Part shown: piece after piece, positions 7,588 through 16,400 of the stretch | Numbering within the stretch: the stretch's first letter is position 1 | Layout of the letters: each line of letters starts with the position of its first letter | DNA from: Candidatus Tenderia sp. | Lineage (GTDB): Bacteria > Pseudomonadota > Gammaproteobacteria > Tenderiales > Tenderiaceae | Assembly: GCA_031416075.1 (NCBI GenBank) | Contig: JANOSY010000024.1 | Span: forward strand, 39,414 to 71,413 | DNA: 32,000 nucleotides | Reading direction: 5' to 3' | The notes under the pieces: model-generated | What the model saw: the letters and a program-made list of their open reading frames with translations, nothing else | Told to the model about the DNA's origin: nothing | Databases searched by the model: none | Translations under genes and position numbers: made by a program

Positions 7588-10464
7588 TTAATTGGTCGGG
7601 CGCAATGTGCGCTGGTTGGCTTCAGCTTTACCATTCAGCGCCGCATCTACCAACGCCGCCTGCGCCAGCTGATGCAACCGTAACAACCCCTCGGCAGGTG
7701 CTGCATACTCTGGACGGCCGGCGTAAAAAATCTCTTGTTTGACGTTAGCCAAATCGCGCAGACGTGAATGGATAAAGTACCAGGCCCCCTGGTTTTTTGG
7801 CTCTTCCTGACACCAGACAACCTCTGTCACCTTGGTATAACGGTCAAACACAGCGGCAAGGCGCTCCTCTGGGAACGGAAAGAGCTGTTCAATACGTACT
7901 ATCACGACATTTTTAAGGTTCAGCTCACGCCGCTTCTCCAACAGATCAAAGTAGACCTTACCACTGCAGGCAACAATACGTTTGACCTGCTCTGGCTTGA
8001 TGACATCAACTTCATCTATCACTACCTCATACGCCCCGTCGGTTAGATCCGCCAACGTAGAGACAGAGAGCTTGTGCCGCAACAGACTTTTGGGCGACAT
8101 AATAATCAATGGTTTACGGTAAGGACGAATCACCTGACGCCGCAACAGGTGGAACATCTGCGCTGGCGTGGTGGGGTAGACCACCTGCATATTATCTTCA
8201 GCACAGAGTTGCAGATAACGTTCAAGACGCGCCGATGAGTGCTCCGGTCCCTGGCCGTCATAACCATGGGGCAGCATCATCACCAGACCACAGAGCCGCG
8301 CCCACTTCACCTCACCGGCGCTGATGAACTGGTCAATCACCACCTGCGCGCCGTTAGCAAAATCACCAAATTGCGCCTCCCAGATCACCAATGTTTCTGG
8401 AGAAGCGGTGGAGTAACCATATTCAAAACCGAGTACCGCCTCTTCCGATAACAGTGAATCGATCACACGAAAATGGGCTTGGTCCGGCCCCATATTTTGC
8501 AACGGTACGTAAGAGTCACGTTTTAGCTGATTATGAAAAACGGCATGACGATGGAAGAAGGTGCCACGACCGCTGTCCTGGCCCGTCAGGCGAATAGGAT
8601 GCCCCTCCAGCAATAGTGCCCCGTAGGCAACGTTTTCGGCAAAGCCCCAATCCAGAGGTGCCTCACCTGCCGCCATTTTGCGGCGCTCGGCCACAATTTT
8701 GTCAGCACGGGAGTGGAGTTCAAATTCGTCCGGCATGGTGGTGAGCACCGCGCTGATCTCACGCAGACGCTCCAGAGAGATTTTAGTGGTACAGGCTTGT
8801 GTCCAGTGAATCCGCTTATAGGGACTCCAATCAACGACAAACTCCTTCTCTGTCTCACTGGTCAGTTCACGGGATACCAGCTTGCCTGCATCAAGCATAG
8901 CGCGATACTCGCGCAACATGGTATCCGCATCTTCCTGAGTAACAACCCCCTCAGCCATCAGGCGCTGGGTATACAGCTGCACCGTGGTCGGGTGTTTACG
9001 AATCGCCTGATACATAATGGGTTGCGTCACCGCCGGTTCATCGGCCTCGTTGTGGCCATGACGGCGATAACAGACCAGATCGATGACCACATCACGCTTG
9101 TACTCCTGGCGATAGTCGAGTGCCAGCTGGGTTGCAAAAACCACCGCCTCAGGGTCATCGCTGTTTACATGGAAGATGGGGGCCTGAATCATCCGCGCCA
9201 CCTCCGTGCAATACATGGTGGAACGGGCATCCAGTGGATTGCTGGTGGTAAAACCAATCTGATTATTGATGATGATATGAACCGTGCCACCCGTGGTAAA
9301 ACCCCGCGCCTGAGACATGTTCAATGTCTCCATCACTACCCCTTGACCCGCAAAGGCGGCATCACCATGAATCAGGATAGGCAATACCTCGCTACCCTCC
9401 AGATCCCGGCGACGGTGCTGGCGGGCACGTACCGACCCCTCCACCACCGGATTCACAATCTCAAGATGGGAGGGGTTAAAGGCGAGTGCCAGATGCACCA
9501 CACCCCCCGGTGTTTTCATGTCGGATGAAAAACCCTGGTGGTACTTCACATCACCACCACCGCCATTTTCAAGGTCAAAAACCCCTTCAAACTCCTGAAA
9601 CAGATGGGCAGGATTTTTACCCATAATGTTGACCAGCACATTCAGACGACCACGGTGGGCCATGCCGATCACCACCTCTTTAACCTTCTGCCCACCGCCA
9701 CGCCAAGCCAGCTCATCCAACAAGGGGATCAGACTCTCCCCCCCTTCCAGGGAGAAACGTTTCTGCCCCACATACCTGGTGTGCAGATACTGCTCCAGCC
9801 CTTCAGCGGCGATCACTTTACGCAACAGGTGGCAACGGTATTCGGCAGAAAACTTGGGCTGGCAGCGGGTACTCTCGAGCTGCTGTTGAATCCAGCGCTT
9901 CTGTACCGTATCGGTAATGTGCATGTACTCAGCACCAATGGAGCCACAGTAGGTCTCCTGCAGCTGGGTAAGAATGTCGCGCAACTTTGCCTGCGGCAAT
10001 CCCACCAGCGACCCAGTACTGAAGACGGTATCCATATCCGCCTCTGTCAGCGCGTGGTAACTGGGGTCAAGCTCAGAGAGTGCAGTGGGCTCCTGCAAAC
10101 CCAGCGGGTCAAGGCGCGCCTGCTGATGACCACGCACACGGTATGCGTTTACAAGCTGCAATACCGCCACCTGTTTACTCTCACTCACCGCTACTGAACA
10201 GTTGGTGGAGGTGGTCGTGGCCACCCGCTGATGTTGGGCCAATTTAATAAACTCGGCACGAATAACAGCGTGATCCACATCTGCCGCCGCCGGGCCTGGG
10301 GCACTCTGCAACTGTTTAAAGTAGACTTGCCACGTTGGCTCCACCAGCGCTGGGTCATCCAGATACTGCTGGTAAAGCTCTTCAATAAACGGCGCATTAC
10401 CCCCAAAGAGGTAGCTCTGTTCTAAAAAAGCGTGGTAACGATCCTTAGATTTATCCTGGCTCAT
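7588..10464 (-). CDS. sucA: 2-oxoglutarate dehydrogenase E1 component
   Basis: The 958-aa ORF has an N-terminus like E. coli SucA (FLEQSYLFGGNAPFIEELY) and conserved E1o blocks (GMAHRGRLNVL, HGDAAFAGQGVV, LLPHGYDGQGPEHSSAR). It lies immediately upstream of sucB-lpdA. Confidence 0.95.
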   Translation of the reverse strand: MSQDKSKDRYHAFLEQSYLFGGNAPFIEELYQQYLDDPALVEPTWQVYFKQLQSAPGPAAADVDHAVIRAEFIKLAQHQRVATTTSTNCSVAVSESKQVAVLQLVNAYRVRGHQQARLDPLGLQEPTALSELDPSYHALTEADMDTVFSTGSLVGLPQAKLRDILTQLQETYCGSIGAEYMHITDTVQKRWIQQQLESTRCQPKFSAEYRCHLLRKVIAAEGLEQYLHTRYVGQKRFSLEGGESLIPLLDELAWRGGGQKVKEVVIGMAHRGRLNVLVNIMGKNPAHLFQEFEGVFDLENGGGGDVKYHQGFSSDMKTPGGVVHLALAFNPSHLEIVNPVVEGSVRARQHRRRDLEGSEVLPILIHGDAAFAGQGVVMETLNMSQARGFTTGGTVHIIINNQIGFTTSNPLDARSTMYCTEVARMIQAPIFHVNSDDPEAVVFATQLALDYRQEYKRDVVIDLVCYRRHGHNEADEPAVTQPIMYQAIRKHPTTVQLYTQRLMAEGVVTQEDADTMLREYRAMLDAGKLVSRELTSETEKEFVVDWSPYKRIHWTQACTTKISLERLREISAVLTTMPDEFELHSRADKIVAERRKMAAGEAPLDWGFAENVAYGALLLEGHPIRLTGQDSGRGTFFHRHAVFHNQLKRDSYVPLQNMGPDQAHFRVIDSLLSEEAVLGFEYGYSTASPETLVIWEAQFGDFANGAQVVIDQFISAGEVKWARLCGLVMMLPHGYDGQGPEHSSARLERYLQLCAEDNMQVVYPTTPAQMFHLLRRQVIRPYRKPLIIMSPKSLLRHKLSVSTLADLTDGAYEVVIDEVDVIKPEQVKRIVACSGKVYFDLLEKRRELNLKNVVIVRIEQLFPFPEERLAAVFDRYTKVTEVVWCQEEPKNQGAWYFIHSRLRDLANVKQEIFYAGRPEYAAPAEGLLRLHQLAQAALVDAALNGKAEANQRTLRPTN

Positions 10465-10672
10465 CCTTCAAACGCCCGTTTCTTGTTATTCCGTATAGAG
10501 TTATGTCGTCAATGCAGACCAAAACTCAAGTTTGCAACGACGGTTTATACCGTTCCGTCATAAAACCACTCTTACAACGCCATCAGGAGGATCAAGCCGT
10601 TATCTCAAAAGAACAAAAGCCCGGAACCCCGTCAGGAACCAGGCCTGTTTCCTCCGGCAGCCCGAGATACGC

Positions 10673-12689
<2,017 letters not shown>

Positions 12690-12725
12690 AGGTATCAAGC
12701 GGGCATTCACTATGGAAGTGGAGGA

Positions 12726-12754
12726 ATTCTAACACCCCCACCTGCCCTTGTCAG
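12726..12754 (-). promoter_or_regulatory. Candidate sigma70 promoter for nadE-glnB in the short gap after the adhesin stop
   Basis: The minus strand reads CTGACA, a 17-nt spacer, then TAGAAT (plus-strand coordinates 12749-12754 and 12726-12731). No terminator hairpin is visible between the adhesin stop (12765) and nadE. Confidence 0.4.
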
Positions 12755-12764
12755 AGATTCACTA

Positions 12765-13400
12765 TCAGAAGCGATACCCCACTCCCAGCTCCACGGCGTC
12801 GACATTGATGTCCGTAAAACGATAACGATTCCACCCCAGACGCAGCGGCAGGTGTGGCGTGATATTCATCTCCACTCCAATACCGAAATTGATATCCATG
12901 CCGTCATCACTGAATTTTCTTGAGGCAGTGGCGCTGGTCAACGTGTAATCAGCCTGCCATATCAACGCGCCAAATCGTACCAGCCCATTGAGATGCTCAG
13001 AGAGTTGCTTACGCATCACATAATTAAAGGTCCAACCGGAAGCGGTGGTGGGATAGACCCCCGAGGCCGCATCCAGGTAACCATTCAGATCGGAGGTAGA
13101 TCCTGTAGCGGTAGTGGTGACACGGCCCAGATCAACATAGCCAATCTCAATCGCCAGCAGCTCATTCATCTGATAACCGATGTAGGGCGACCAGCCTCTG
13201 CGTGACAGATCGGTCTGCGTCACGCTGGCGGTAAGGCCAAGGGCGGTGAGATCACGCTCAAAATCAGCGCCTCGCTCACCACTGCTGACGGACAGATAGT
13301 TCAGCCCTGCATAACCGGGCATCAGAGAGCTATCTGCCTGGGCAGTGGCACCCATCAACAGCAGTGGCAACATCAGCACACGGCAACCATAACGACGCAT
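12765..13400 (-). CDS. Possible independent small OMP beta-barrel protein (211 aa) from the in-frame internal ATG of the adhesin ORF
   Basis: The internal ATG at 13400 opens a textbook signal peptide (MRRYGCRVLMLPLLLMGATAQA|DSS). It is followed by alternating-hydrophobic strands (IGYQMNELLAIEIGYVDLG, WTFNYVMR, VRFGALIWQADYTL, INFGIGVEMNI, LRLGWNRYRF) and a terminal aromatic ...LGVGYRF. A G-rich stretch lies 6 nt upstream of the ATG. Confidence 0.4.
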   Translation of the reverse strand: MRRYGCRVLMLPLLLMGATAQADSSLMPGYAGLNYLSVSSGERGADFERDLTALGLTASVTQTDLSRRGWSPYIGYQMNELLAIEIGYVDLGRVTTTATGSTSDLNGYLDAASGVYPTTASGWTFNYVMRKQLSEHLNGLVRFGALIWQADYTLTSATASRKFSDDGMDINFGIGVEMNITPHLPLRLGWNRYRFTDINVDAVELGVGYRF

Positions 13401-16400
13401 CAACACCCCCCCCGCCAGGAGCAGCAGTAACCAGTACGACACCGCACCACCGCCACCGCCGGTGATGGTAATGGTGATCAGCTGCGAGATCGGCTGCGCC
13501 ACACCACCTGGATCTTTAATACGCATATCTGCAACACCATCGGCATCGTTGGGACCACCATCCTCGATGGTCAGCTGCACACACCAGTGCCCCTCGGTCA
13601 GGCCGCTGATATAGGCGCTATCGCCAGGGGGAGGACAGTAACCGGCGCTGCCTGCGGCAGAGGCGATGCTGTTATTGGCGTTGACAACAAACGCCTGCCA
13701 CCCTGTCGCCATCAATTTGCGATAGACCGCATTGGCGGGGATCGCTTCAAACTGCGCTAACACCACTTTGATCTGCTGCCCGGCAACCGGCAACTCAGCA
13801 ACATTAAAGTCGAACAGCCCATTATTGTAGGTATACCCTTCATCCTCTACTGCGCCTGCACCGTCACGACCGTAGTTATACACATCACTGTCGCTCACCC
13901 CGATCCTGTTGCCCCCTGCCTGCATGGCAACCCGTCCCAGGCTGATTGACAGTCCCGGCTCAGTCTCCATCAGATATTGGCTGGCTTCGGCCTGCTTCTC
14001 CTGCACCACATTACGCGCCACGGTGGAGCTGTCGAGGTAGTTGGGTATGCCGTCACCATCACTGTCACCATAACCTTCAACATCATCGTTGATACCATCG
14101 CCATCACTGTCCACCGCGGTCAGCACTGGCAGTGTGGCTTCAACCTTGATCAGCAGTTCAGCGTTACCACTTGCCACACCATCACCCACTGCCACCTTCA
14201 AGGTGTAGATACCCGGTGTCAATCCGCTTGGGTCCAACGTAAAGGTACTGGCCACACCATCGCTATCCACCAGGGCGTTATCGGTACCGCTCCAGTTATA
14301 GCTGTGTGTATCGCCGAGATTAGGGTCGGTAACCGTAGCGGTGACAGTCACCATGCCGCTGCTCTGGCCGATGATGCGGGTTGCGCCACTCCCCTGAACA
14401 GCACTCAACCCCACAGTAGGTACAACGTTACCTTCGTGGATCTCCATTGTGTGCGTTCTCACCAAACCGGCAACTGCATTGGTCGGCGTACCCATGGTAA
14501 TGACCAGAGACTCCGTCCCCTCGCCTGCCCCATCATTCACCAACTGAACATTCACGGACGTTTCAAGGCCAGGGCCGTTGATGATGATATTGCCAGCCAC
14601 CAGATTGTGGTCACTGCCATCGGTTGAGGCGGTGCCCGCCACGGTATACGGAACCGTGACTGGATAACTCACCGCCGCACCATTGAGGATCACCTTGAAA
14701 CTCACCGTTGCCCCCTCTGCGCTGACCTGGCTCTTACTAAAGTCAACAAGCGGCGTCACATTCACCCTCTGAACCGCCGTTCCACTCTTGCCCGCACCAT
14801 CCGTTGCGCTCCAGGTAACAACATTGGCACCCGGCCGGAAGTGAGTTGGCTTGGCCGTCACGGCCACACCATTCACCAGTGTCACCTGCGGCGTAACACC
14901 GCTCTCCACAACCGTCGCCGTACCAATCACCACGGGGGTGAACAGCCCCACCGCATCAACCGTCACATCTGCCGGCGCAGTGATCGCGGGGCCGCTGGCC
15001 GGTGTAACACTGTTCGAGGCGGCTGAAGCCGCACCGCTGCCCGCCGAATTGGTGGCCACCGCAGTAAATGTGTACGCAGTGCCATTGGTCAACCCCGTCA
15101 CTGTGATGGGGCTGGCGCTGCCCGTACCGGTGAGACCACCCGGAGTGGAGGTGACGGTATAACCGGTAATTACACTGCCGCCGGTGTATGCCGGGGCAGT
15201 GAAACTGATGGTCGCCTGACCACTATCAGCAACAGCAGCACCGATAGTAGGTGCCCCTGGGACCACTGCCGTCACCGTAAACGACTGGCTCACCTGGGTT
15301 GCCGCCAGGAAACTGCCACTGCCAGCCTGATTGGCGTTGATGGTACAGCTGCCCGCCGTGACAAAGGTCAGCGCACCCGCGCTGGTAATGGTGCAGACAC
15401 TAGTGGTGCTTGAGGTAAACGCCACCGCCAGTGCCGAAGAGGCTGTTGCCGTCAATGCAGGTGTAGAGTCAAAACTCTTTGCGCCAGGGTTGGCAAAGGT
15501 GATGGTCTGAACCCCCTTCGGTGTCACACTGTTAGAGCTGGCCGAATCGATCCCTGTCCCGACACTGTTGGTTGCCTTGACAGTAAAGGTATAGGTCGTG
15601 CCGTTGCTCAACCCCGTCACACTGATCGGGCTGGAGGTGCCCGTTGCGACATGAGCGCCAGGGCTGGAGGTGACCGTATAACTGGTGATCGCGCTACCAC
15701 CATTTGATACCGGAGCGGTAAATGCAACCGCCGCCGCCGCATCACCCGCGGTCGCGCTGCCAATAGTGGGAGCACCGGGCAACGCTGCAGGCGTCACACT
15801 GTTAGACGCAGCAGAGTTGCTGCCACTGCCAACACTGTTGGTCGCGCTAACCATAAAGGTATAGGCCGTGCCATTGGTCAAACCCGTCACAATAATAGGC
15901 GTGGCGCTGCCCGTGCCGGCGAGCCCACCGGGAGTAGAGGTAACGGTATACCCCGTAATCATTCTGCCACCATCGGAGGCGGGGCCAGAGAAGGATACGG
16001 ATGCCTGGGTATTACCCGCAGTCGCGACACCGATCGTGGGCGCACCCGGCACAGTAGCCGGAATCACACTGCTGGAAGAGGCCGACGGACTACCGGTACC
16101 GATGGCGTTAGTTGCAGTAACAGTGAAACTATAGGCCGTGCCGTTGCTCAACCCCGTCACAGTCACCGGGCTGGAAGCCCCCGTGCCCGTAAAACCACCG
16201 GGGCTTGAAGTCGCTGTATAGCCGGTAATGGCGCTACCACCCGTGGATGGCGCACTAAAACTGACCATCGCCTGACCATTGCCCGCTGTCGGCGCGCCAA
16301 TCACAGGCGCACCCGGCACTGTCGCTGGCGTCACGCTACTGGAAGCGGACGAAGCACTGCCCGTACCCGCTGAGTTGGTCGCCGTCACCGTAAAGGTGTA

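Noticed and set aside
8713-9528. 271-aa ORF on the plus strand inside sucA. Similar long antisense ORFs lie at 9538-10197, 6749-7225, 11667-12347, 13977-14627, 20224-21108, 21054-21458 and 22456-23022.
   Set aside because: All of them lie antisense to genes with clear, motif-supported products. Their translations are Arg/His/Gly/Leu-rich and low in complexity, which is typical of shadow ORFs in GC-rich coding DNA. None has an RBS or a recognisable motif.
10465-10672. Possible terminator after glnB and promoter for sucA.
   Set aside because: There is GGAACC/GGTTCC-containing imperfect dyad symmetry followed by T-rich sequence on the minus strand. However, I could not define an unambiguous stem plus U-tract or -35/-10 pair by eye, so I left it unannotated.
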